A stretch of DNA of 64,000 nucleotides from Lytechinus pictus (Eukaryota): positions 24,616,001-24,680,000 of the forward strand of contig NC_087250.1 of assembly GCF_037042905.1 (NCBI RefSeq), read 5' to 3'. The position numbers and the translations under genes were made by a program. A model generated the notes under the pieces. It was given only the letters and a program-made list of their open reading frames with translations, searched no databases and was not told the DNA's origin. Positions 52,997 through 64,000 of the stretch are shown here, piece by piece. How positions within the stretch are numbered: the stretch's first letter is position 1; every line of letters begins with the position of its first letter.

Positions 52997-54484
52997 AAGA
53001 TAACTTATATTGAACAAAATCACCTAACAGGCAATGCGAGCGCGAAGCGCGAGCGAATTTTTTTTATAGTGACATGAAAGATTCTTTTCATTTTCCAAGT
53101 CTTCCCCTCATCTTATTTTATTCACTCGTCTTCCTCCTTTCCTTTTTTCTCCTCTCTTTTCCCTCCTTTTTTTCTTTCTTTCCTTTTTTTCTTTTTTTGC
53201 TCCGCCAATGGGGGGGGGGGGGGGGCGGGCCCCTCGGGCCCCCCTGGATCCGCCTATGAATAGTAATGTGTCGTACGTACGGCACATGTCCTGTATCACA
53301 CACTCTGTCGTACGGGACAACTTTTAATAGGACAATTATTGAAAAATGAAGGGCAGTAATTAAATCCTTATAGGATAAATCGATCACCCATGGGTCAAAT
53401 ATAGAAAAACTCATATTGTAAGATTGCATCATCAAAAATAAAAGTGGAGGAAAAACTTTTGCATTTTCATGTGTCGTACGGGACATCGCCTAAAATAGGT
53501 TCGGAAAAATCAGGGCTGCCTCTATTATGGATCATGAAAATGTTGTAGATATTATATGGAACCATCAATGATACATTATTCCATTGACCTGCAATATTTT
53601 CAATCTTCTTGTGCTTTGCCAATAATGGTTTCAGGCAGTGTTTGTACTTGACTATTTAATCAGCAAAATTATTGAAAATCGAAAATTCCATTGTTTCCCC
53701 CTAAAAAAATATATCTGACTTCACTTTTTGTTCAAACTCATAATTTTCATAAAATCTAGGTATCATAGTAAAATACTATACTACTTATGACTTATTGAAA
53801 GCATGTTGAAATTTATGATATTTTTGAAGTTCTAGAGTGGAATCGCCCCTGGTCGATATTTTACAACTCCCCCTCAAAATTCTGTCAGGACACGGAAATT
53901 ATCTTTCTCCCGATCAACAACAACAAAAATAGACTGCTTCAAGTACTCTTTCATTCCAAGAACAAAGGGCGGATCCAGGATTTTCCAAAGGGGGGGGGGG
54001 CAAATTTTCTAGAGGAAATATATGATAACCCCTCCCCCCCCCCAAAAAAAAAAAAAAAAAGGGTTTTTTCTATCCCATTTCGTCAACGAAAAGTTTGACA
54101 AGCAAAATAAAAGGTCTTCACTTCAAAGGGGGGGGGGGGGGGGGCACACTGGTGTTTTCACGGAACCCCCCCCCCCCTCCCTGTTTCCGCCAATGCCAAG
54201 GACTATGGCAGAATTGAATATACAAGCAGCAGACACACGTAAAGTTAAATCGATTGATGGTTTTAAGACAAGGCTAAACAAAATTCAAATGTCTACTTTC
54301 ATCCAGGAGGGGGGGGGGGGGCACATCATATTACAGACGCCTGCATCAATTATATCCCGATTGAGGAGTATGCCTGCAGTAACAGGAAGAAGGAAAAAAA
54401 AGAAGTTTTAGTAGTTGTTCGAAAAAAAAATATTGGAATTTTTTTTACAACCGAGTGCACTCTTTTAGTATCAGGCCTATTTCT

Positions 54485-54608
54485 CTTTTTTTTTCTTTTC
54501 TTTTCTTTCTTTCTTTCTTTCTTTCTTTCTTTTTTTCTTAGTTTCTTTCTTTCTTCACTCCCTCCCTCCCTCCTTCCTTCCCTTCTCTCTCTCTTCCCTT
54601 CCCTTCTC

Positions 54609-54706
<98 letters not shown>

Positions 54707-54830
54707 TTCCTTCCTTCCTTCCTCCCTTCCCTCTCTCTATCCCTCTCTTTTTTCTGTCTTCTTTTCTTTCTTTCGTTCTTTCTTTGTTTTTTTCTTTCTT
54801 CCCTCCTTTTATTTTCATCTTCTTTCTTAT
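54485..54830. repeat. Polypyrimidine (TTTC)n/(TTCC)n microsatellite
   Basis: Direct reading. Confidence 0.95.
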
Positions 54831-54931
54831 TTTGTTCTGCTGGGACAACTGATTATGCTGAAGCTTACAACTAGTTTGAATATGTTATGTCGGGTTTTTA
54901 TAATAAACATTTTCCCCTATAAAGGCAAATA

Positions 54932-55133
54932 GGAGGCGCGATAGCTCAGTCGGTAGAGCGGGGGACTCACGATATTCCGGTGACCCGGGTTCGATTCCCA
55001 CTTGGTGCGCTAGTGCCCTTTGGTAAGGCATTAATCCTCAGTACCAGGTCCTTCGGAGAGGACCTTAAGCCGTCGGTCCTATGGTTGCTTGCTTACAAGC
55101 ATTCATGCTTTCTTAGCAATCAGGTAAAAAAAA
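54932..55133 (+). mobile_element. tRNA-derived SINE
   Basis: A box tagctcagtcgg, B box ggttcgattcc, body with aggtccttcggagaggacct hairpin, A-rich end. Confidence 0.8.
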
Positions 55134-55214
55134 ATCACCACCAAAAACAGTAAGGTGAGAGGAACTTGGATGAGTGACAGCATCTTTAGTTTAATTTAAT
55201 ACAAGAATTTTTTT

Positions 55215-56225
55215 GGCATAAACCAATTAGCAGTTCTAATGAATCTAAATATAAAAGAATCAGAAATGCTTTAAATACTACAATAAGGAATGTAAGGAAA
55301 CAATATTTTGAGAAGAAATTTGCTGCATTTAAAAGCAACATTAACGCAACATGGAATCTTGTAAACTTAAACTAAATAAAGGGGACAAAGGTTTTTGTGA
55401 CATTAAAATGAAGTGTATTGGCGAATTATAACTACTGACTTGATTTTAATTTCCAATGCATAAACCAAGCAGTTCTAATGAATCTAAATATAAAAGAATT
55501 AGAAAATGCTTTAAATACTACAATAACGAATGTAAAGAAACAATATTTTGACAAAAGAAATGCTGCATTTAAAAGTAACATTATAAAGCAACATGGAATC
55601 TTGTAGACTTAATAAAGGGGACACAGGTTTTTGTGATATTAAAATGAAGTGTAGCATTAATTCCTAAGGTTGAAAAAACAAAATTTATTGGTGTAAACAT
55701 TGATTCAAAATGACTTAGAAAATTTTCATACAAAATATAGAGATGAAAATATAAAAGAATATATATCCAGATTGTTACTTTTTACCAGCTAATATTGCGA
55801 ATGTTGTATTCCACACTTATATTGCCATTTTGTCTTAATTGTAACTTAATTAATTTGGAGTATAGTACTTTTCAATCTAACCTAAAGAAATTTGTTGCAA
55901 AACAAAATGAAATATTTAGAATCATAGCTGGAGCAAGCCCAATATCTAAAGTTAGCAAAAATATACTCAGAGTTTAAACTGCTTACTTTAGAAGATATTA
56001 CAACCTACCAGAAATGTATTTATATTTATCAGTGTATCAATCGGCTTATGCTTGTTAATTTTTCTCATTTGTTTAACAAGTCTGAATTTATATACACGCT
56101 CCTCTTCATTAATTAATTTGCCAAGACATATGACCTGTTCTTATTAACATAATATTCGTGGAACAATTTACCTACAGACATGAGAAATGCACCAACTTTG
56201 AATACTTAAAAAAAAAAAAAAACTT
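55215..56225 (+). pseudogene. Highly decayed LINE fragment with an internal ~200-bp tandem duplication
   Basis: 55217-55415 ~ 55458-55652; LYSTLILP..LN.C (ORF 55795) parallels LYNSMILPYLNYC of the 20764 ORF. Confidence 0.6.
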
Positions 56226-58413
56226 ACGCCTGTTCCCTAAATTTTGTAATTTGCTTTGCAGTTTTAGTTGTGGGATGATTGGGTTGACGATTTATTAAAA
56301 TGATATACCAATATTTTATATAAAGTTGCCTCCCCCATTTGTTTACCCCTTGTTTTGTATTGTATTCTGTTTAGATAGGTTTTTTTCATGTATTGTTTAT
56401 GTCACGGTGCACTCATCACAAGCGAGTCTTTCTAAGTTGCTACCTCCATTTTTTTGTTCAAGTTCTTAAAATGTATTGATGCTTCAATCGTTGGAAATAA
56501 ATGTACTTTCATTCATTCACTCAAGTTTTATTTCTTGATTTCATGCTTTCCTCCTAACAGGGGGGTGAAACTCCGCTTCTGCATCCGGTCAGAATTGAAG
56601 AAAATTTTGGAGGGTCAAAAGTGCACACTGCTCCCATTTTTCGTATACAAGCCTATGGACACCGCCACTGTTTTGGTACACCAGCGAAATGAAGGCGTGG
56701 TCACGGAACGTCCTTCGCGCATAGCGTAAAAATATGTAAATTAGTATTTTGTCACTAATTAGCATAATGCGCGACCTATTATTCATCTATTTTAATGATC
56801 TATTTGTTATTGCTTGTTACGATTAATATCGTTGGTGTCTGTCAGTGATTACATCATGTCAGATCATTCGTTTTTTTCCTCCTCAGAGTTTTATTATTCA
56901 TCTATTTTAATGATCTATATGTTATTGCTTGTTACGATTATTACTGCATCTTTGCTTTTGTTTTAGCTGCAAATGGCCAGGATCTTTGCTTAAAAATATT
57001 ACAGAGGAGTTCCCAAAGAAAATGTTGCCATATAAGATGACATCTCTTTAGGTTTCTGGAGCCCTTTTTTCTTTTTATTGCAGAAAACGAAATGAACCTT
57101 TTTTCATAATATAAACAAAGATAATAACAAATCAAAATTCTTTTCCATAATTGTAGTCTCCAATATAAGTCCTATTATGAATAGTAGTCCTCGGAGCACT
57201 TAATTTTAAATGGCGACTTCTATGTCAAACATCAATAATCATGACCTAGGTATATACCATATTTTAGGGGGGAGTGGGTTCTCAAAATTAAATAGGCAAG
57301 AGAGCAAACCGATCATAGGCTATTTCTTTTTTTATTTTCAACTGAAAATGAATCTGGTGTAATTTTCATATGGAAAGAAAAAATACATTTAATATGTAGG
57401 TTTCAAAAATTTGGAGAAATAATTAGCCCCCCCCCCCCCGTTATGAACAGTAAGGTCTTATAATTGCTTCTTTCAAAACAAACTGAACTTTCACCCCCCC
57501 CCCCATCTCTCTCTCTTTCTGTCTGTCTCTCTCTCTCTCAGAAACTGACATAACGATATGCATACAAGCAAATAATTCTCCTGTCATTTTACTTTCTTTC
57601 CCACTCTTATCCTTATTTTTCTTGAATAATATCTTAATTGACTGCTGTTTGATCTCATGTAACAGTGGCATCATCACATTTCAGTACAGTGCAACATCTT
57701 GTGCCATTTGTGTATAACAGCTCAGAAGCAATATATCATCACACTTAATTGATAAATGAAAATTACCAAGATCAAAAAATTCAATCAAAGTTAACATGTT
57801 TATTAAGGAATCCATTTTCTAAAACATTGACATTAACATAAAAATAATAATTAGCGTCTACCAAGAATTAAATTGTATTTTAAAAAATGAAGGCAATGCA
57901 TAGCTAAAAATGGCTGTTACTGGGTAGGGGTAGTATGGGGTGGGTATATAAATGTACAAAAATAGGATTAAGTACATTTTTCTACATTGTACAATGTTTG
58001 TTAAAATTTCATTCAAAGGATCTCGATGAGCCTATAGTTAATATTCCATAAAAGAGCATAAAAATCTTTGATATTCGTTTATTTTTTTCCACAAAAGTTT
58101 GTCACTCAAAAAAATTGGTAAATTCCTTTCAAATTTGCTGACAAGAAATAATCTACTGATGTGAGAGCACTCCTCATAAGGGGGGGGGGGACACAATGCC
58201 AGACTCTACCTAAAGAGTGCCTTCCCCAATCAATACATTTGCGAATCATTAACAAAATTTGATTTGTCTACTGTCACTGTGGTTAGAATTCAATCTATTT
58301 TTGAAATATAGTCTATTTATATATTCTTGCAGTGGTAACCCATTTCACATTTTTTTTTAATGAAGATAACAATAAATGCAACTTAATAACCCTACATAAT
58401 TTATGAAGACTTG

Positions 58414-59525
58414 CAGTGGCGTACCGTGGGTCACGGAATTGGGGGGCACCAGCAAAAATTTTGAGTCCCTTAGTGAGCACGCGAAGCGTGCTCAGTTGCC
58501 AGGTATATTGACCTAATAGAGACATTTTTAAAGACAGTGCCATTAAACAGATATGTATCTCACTGGTCAAATAATGATATTCAGACCTAAAAAGGGACAT
58601 TCTAATCAATTTTTTAATCATGATACGTATCTGTCTCGCTAAACAATGCGAGCGCGAAGCGCGATCTGAAATTTTTGTATATATTGAGCCCAAACAGGGA
58701 GATTTTAAGGACTATATTTTAGGAATCCATTAAGAGTATACATATTTCACCATATATAGTCATCTAATGCGAGTGCCAATTAAGCGCTTGCTGATTTTGT
58801 TAGAATTACATCTAAACACATGAAGCACTTGCAGTCATTTTAATCATGATTATTAACATACGCATCTCACTAATTAGATATTGCGTGCGCAAAGTGCGAG
58901 CTGAAAATTTAGGAAATTCAGACCTGAAGAGAGGCATTTTAAGGCTTGTTTGTAGAAATTCACGAAGATCATACGTATTTCACTAACCAAATGATGCGAG
59001 CGTGAAGCGCGATCTGAAAATGTTTGATATTCAGATCAGAAAAGGGGACATTTTAAGAACTGTCCAAGACATATCTCACCAATCCACTAATGCGAACGTA
59101 AGTACGGACAGGAAATATCTTATATTAAGACCTTAAAATGGGGCAATCACTTTAAGTAGACATGAAAAAGAAGCATACTATTTTACATAAAACAATAACT
59201 CGAAGTGCGATGAAATATATTTGGTACATATTGACTTGAAAACGGGAGGTTTTAGTACAACAGGATTATATATCTTGTTAAACAGACAGTGCGCGCACCA
59301 GGAACAATGAAGACATAGGCCATGAGCAAATTATGTTTCATAAAGTTATGAAAAAATGTTTCTTATGTAATATAACATAACATAATTATAATATAATATA
59401 ACATTATAATGAACAATAATTTCTTCTTTCCCACTACGTTTCTCTACCTCTCCTTTTCCTCGGTTTTTTTTGGTCAGCTGATCGGGGGGGGGGGGGGGCT
59501 CGTGCCCCCCATAGTTACTCCACTG
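58414..59525 (+). mobile_element. Non-autonomous hAT-like element, family A, copy 3
   Basis: TIR cagtggcgta / tactccactg; perfect 8-bp TSD aagacttg. Confidence 0.92.
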
Positions 59526-61522
59526 AAGACTTGTAATCATGGTAACTTTGCCCCCAGCCTGTTTTAGGTAACATAAAAACCTTAATTTCTTGCTCAGCCC
59601 GTTTACCATAATTGTCATAATGACAAGACTGCAATAGTAATAACTTGTTTATGAAATAAGGTCCAGGAGTGATACTAACATTATTTCTTAATCTTCTGAT
59701 CACCTTTATTATCATTTAGCTATGCATGATTTTTATTTCAAAATACAATATTTTTTGTCTTACAACCCTAAGTATGTCACTAAAAGAAGACCTATCCTAA
59801 TATTGAATAGGCCTTTAAACTGGAAAATAATATGTATTTTCATAAAAACTACTAAGAACTAGTAGAAGTACAAAATATCAATAAAAGGTGATACATTTGC
59901 CCGTTGGAAAAATATTTCTTTCTTGTATTTTGTGTGAAATTTTGTACCAAAACTTGTATACTTCAATGTCATTGCCCGGTGACGCAGGGGCCGCGGAAGT
60001 GGGGGGGGGGGGGGGGGGGTGGTGGAAGGCGGGCTTCAGCCCCGACTTTTTTCCAAAACCATGTACAAAAACGTAAAAATTATGTACGATTGTGATTTTT
60101 TGCATGGTCAGCCCCCACTTTGAAAACCGTTCCAAGGCCCCTGTGATGAACCTGAACTTGTACCGCACTCTTTTCTACAGATGTGTAGTTCAATTAACAT
60201 TCAATGCTTTATTAATATATTTATTTCAAATTAATTCATTTTTAATGTGTTATTGCAATAAAGTAACTACTTTTTAGTAACTTGGCCTTCATATCTCTTC
60301 TTGGCACTTATGTTGTGATACCAGTACTTGAACAGCTTGGGAAGTGGGAAACCTGCATGGTAAAAGAGAGAAAAGAACAAAATAAGCTGTAAATTATTCT
60401 TACTCATCTAGTCCAGTTTATTATAAAAAAAGATGTAAACTCTATTTTATACTCTTCAGTGATAAAACAATCCAGATAAATTCATATAGCAATATAACTA
60501 TCTACAGTATGTTTTGAAAATAAAGAGTGCAAATTAATTCAAATATTTATCAGAATTTTGTGATAACTGTTAATATCTTGGTTTTTTATGCAAATGCATG
60601 TACATGTATAAACTAGAGATATGGATAATTAGTATGCAGTGTTAAAAATGGAAATACTGGTAAACCTGAATTCAAACAAATATTAACTCACAATGGAACT
60701 TTAACATTACATGATATCGCATCATGTTTCAGCACAATTGGCCATAGCCCACCCCCTCCCAAAAAAGGGGGAATTTTTTTTTTTTTTTTTTTTTTTTTTG
60801 GGGGGGGGGTGATGAGCTTAGATACAGCCTGTATATTATCAAAACAGTAAGCATACCTTGCAATTTTTCCATTCAGATATCCTGTTCCTCATTAGATTGT
60901 AACTAACACTTGCTGATCGGCATGGTTCTCAATTTTGTACTTCTGACTAGGTGTGAACTGCTAAGAACTTGGTCCCATTGGATCTGCAATTGACAATTTA
61001 AATTTGAGAGTTTTAGAGATAAATAAATTACTCTTCTTAAACAATATTTTTGAAATTTCTAGCTGCCCATATCCCAGGTCTATGTATGAATATTCCAAAC
61101 TAGAACAAAAAAGTTATCTGGACCCGAAACTTCATTCTCTATCACATAGAGGCATAGGCCTACCTCACTCTGATTATAAAAGTACAATGATTCCAACCAC
61201 ATATTTCTACAGCTGTATATAGCTGAATCTGGTCTATGCTGGGCCTGTATAACTTAAGAATCACATCACATTTGAATGAAGTAAAAACTTAGAACGTTTT
61301 CAAATTACCACCCCAGGCCAGGCCCAGGGTATCCTGTTCAAATAGACTTGATTTAGGTCAAGGACAAGGGTAGGCTACGCCATTTCATTCAAATCTAACT
61401 AAGACTAAGTAACACTAACAGACACTGACTAATGCCAAGTCAATCGTATTTCAACACTGATTATTCTGAAGTAAAACGTTCCTGAATAAAAGAAAATTCT
61501 GAGAATACTTATTCATATGAAG

Positions 61523-61604
61523 ATGAAATAGCGGGGACGGACTAGGCCTAAACTTCAACTTTCAAGCTTGAAGTTTGGGCCTAGTCCGTCCCCGCTATTT
61601 TCAT
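61523..61604. other. Isolated near-perfect hairpin (~34-bp stem)
   Basis: aaatagcggggacggactaggcctaaacttcaa ... ttgaagtttgggcctagtccgtccccgctattt. Confidence 0.8.
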
Positions 61605-62199
61605 ACCCCATGACTACATCGACAATCTCGCTAGCCGGCTAGCACCGGCGATATCAAAGGCCGGATCCCGCTCTGACCATATCCCTACATTGACCTAAAT
61701 GTGAATAGGCCTAAAATCGACAGTTTGTCGTTACTAAAAACAGGAGGTCGGAAACAAGTCCACATCTACCCCTGATAATTGTCTAATCACAATGAAACTG
61801 AAATACACCTTTTTTATTTTGGACCTACATGAAACATTCCGATGAATGTCTAGATCTACGACAAACTATAGACCCCTAGATATAGTATTTTTGAGAAACT
61901 CAATGATCACACTTATTTGGAAGTCAGGCAAAAGAAATATTGAAATTGAGGTTTACATATTACGTACGGTAATACAGGATGAGCCCCGAACCCCGGCAAA
62001 CATATTACAATTTGCAAGTGAGATCATAACATGAAAATGAGCGTAACTTACTTTTATTCCTATGGAATGTCATTAGAATAGTATTGATGTTCCCTCCAAG
62101 ATTTTCTGCTCCAATGAAGTTCACTCAGATACCATGATTTCGAACATCAATTCTATAAACAGATAATTAGTCTAGCTATTTCGTTTCAGAAACTTGAAA

Positions 62200-62900
62200 T
62201 TCGCAGAGTCCAAAAGAACGACACTCCGCACAGATATCGTAGGGAATTGTGGGACGGAAAAAATGTTTAATGCATGAGTACATGAATAAAACATTAGCGT
62301 TTTATCCAATCATACAAGTGCATTATGCGTATTTTGACGTCATTCTCATGAATAAAACATTGACCCTCCAAAATCAACCTTCAAATTGTCCGCCGGCAGC
62401 CATGTTTGTTATGTACAAAACCTATGGGAAATAAAAACGCGCGGAAAGAGTTACCTCTCTAGCTCCCTTCGGGAGCTTATACGTAAGATTGTATCTCTGT
62501 GCCTCCTAATTGGTCTGGCGCCATCTGCGACAAATTATGCAGTCTGCTTTCCAGATTCGTACCGCAAAAAAAATGTGAGCATCTCTTGTATTTTCTACTT
62601 TAATTTAAATTTTGACGAAAACTGGTAAGTGTGACTGTGAAACTATGTTGCATGTATATATATTTTAAGAGCGATGTCATTGTATGATTTATTATTAGAG
62701 GGATAAGTGCAGGTACGTCAGAGATATGATAAACGAAGTGTGACCCTTTTGAGCACCGGAACCCACCACACCAGCACCACGAGTATCGCGGATGATTCTT
62801 CCCGAAACTTCCCGGGAGGCATTCTTCATTGCGCTGTCGGGGGGCGGGCGCGGATCTCGAAACTGATCTGATTGAACACTCACACTCATAGCATTACGAA
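62200..62900. promoter_or_regulatory. Candidate divergent promoter region
   Basis: Locally CpG-enriched unique DNA; CCAAT, TGACGTCA, YY1-like cggcagccatgttt and GC box ggggcggg; outward-facing GTAAGT donors at 62051 (-) and ~62625 (+). Confidence 0.45.
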
Positions 62901-63387
62901 TATTACGAATTACGAATTCAACAAATCCCCTCCTTTGGGCCTAAGACCGTCACCGCTAATCATTTTATATTAACATAGACCAAAAGCTTCAGTCTCTGTA
63001 TTTTGGTTGTTCCGCTGAACTACGTTGGCTCCACTCACCATACATAGACTGAAGGGGATGGGGCCCTGTACCTACAGCCAACGTATAGTGAACTAGCGTT
63101 TTATAGATCGCGATTTAAAACTGTTTTTTAAGCAAAATTGAAAGTTTCATGGTTTCCATTATCAAGGAAATATAAATAACTTAAGTAATTGCATACCTTG
63201 GGCCGGAGTTATTGAAAAAAATCCTCTGGATGATTGAGAAATCTGTCATCTAAGACATTTTCACCTGACCTGACGGTTTTTGTCGGGAAATAATAAGATG
63301 GCAAATATAGCGATCTTCAACGCTTATATATAAGCGTCGAAATTTGTAGCCATCTCCTTGTATTAGTCTATAATATACGACGTGTCA

Positions 63388-64000
63388 AATTGTAGCGAAC
63401 TAGTTCGCCATTTCCAGATCTCCTCTATATATATATATACGAGGGGAAATTGTAGCGAACTAGTTCGCTATTTTCCAGATCTCCTCTATATACAAACGAC
63501 GGGAAATTGTAGCGAACTAGTTCGCTATTTTTCGGATCTCCTCGATATATACACGAGGGGAATTGTAGCGAACTAGTTCGCTATTTTCCAGATCTCCTCT
63601 ATAAACAAACGACGGGAAATTGTAGCGAACTAGTTCGCTATTTTTCGGATCTCCTCGATATATACACGAGGGGAATTGTAGCGAACTATAGTTCGCTATT
63701 TTCCAGATCTCCTCTATATACATACTACGGGATTTGTAGCGAACTAGTTCGCTATTTTTCGGATCTCCTCGATATGTACACGAGGGGGAATTGTAGCGAA
63801 CTAGTTCGCTATTTTTTATTTTTCCAGATCTCCTCTATATACATACGACGGGATTTGTAGCGAACTATATACGAGGGGGCATTGTAGCGAACTAGTTCGC
63901 TATTTTTTTGGATCTCCTCTATATATACACCAGGGAGGAATTGTAGCAAACTAGTTCGCTATTTTTCGGATCTCCTCTACATGTATACGACAGGAAATTG
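63388..64000. repeat. ~57-bp minisatellite with an 18-bp perfect palindrome tagcgaactagttcgcta; runs off the right edge
   Basis: About 11 units; alternating ttccagatc/ttcggatc variants. Confidence 0.92.

Larger units (their letters stand above)
50332..53258. mobile_element. Nested element with caggggcggatccag TIR and many gcgcgaagcgcgagc motifs
   Basis: caggggcggatccag ... ctggatccgcctatg; aatag on both flanks. Confidence 0.7.
50154..53849. mobile_element. Harbinger/PIF-like non-autonomous element hosting a nest of insertions
   Basis: TIR ggggtgattcca / tggaatcgcccc; 3-bp flank tag/tgg; the empty site is visible in the paralogous segment at ~37745-37757 (caacgtaggtcgat). Confidence 0.7.

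Noticed and set aside
54555..54848. Lys/Glu/Arg-rich ORF
   Set aside because: Translation of the (GAAA)n microsatellite
54932..55010. Functional tRNA gene
   Set aside because: The anticodon arm is irregular and the sequence continues into a SINE body; same for 8012, 40330-40410 and 49220-49292
63388..64000. CRISPR-like array (palindromic repeat plus spacer)
   Set aside because: The spacers are near-copies of each other, there are no cas genes, and the context is eukaryotic

Overview
Eukaryotic, AT-rich, repeat-dense DNA, most likely from a sea urchin. This is inferred from the KYLISQGAEVNKGDNDGWTALH ankyrin type and the repeat families, not from a search. The one well-supported protein-coding gene is on the minus strand (30575->7429). 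I assembled it by hand into 10 GT-AG, phase-consistent coding exons (4410 nt, about 1469 aa). It encodes 28 near-identical 33-aa ankyrin repeats in a single exon, a few divergent ankyrin repeats, then ZU5, UPA-like and C-terminal death domains. Variation between repeats is concentrated at the predicted binding-surface positions, suggesting a natural DARPin-like, PIDD-style immune sensor. The rest of the window holds an apparently perfect 1162-bp tandem array with an embedded tRNA-like unit and a Helentron-like end hairpin. It also holds many nested non-autonomous DNA transposons with readable TIRs/TSDs, LINE fragments, tRNA-derived SINEs, a Penelope-like insert with a degenerate hammerhead motif, mini/microsatellites, and a candidate divergent promoter near 62.3 kb. 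Nearly all short ORFs in the track are spurious.
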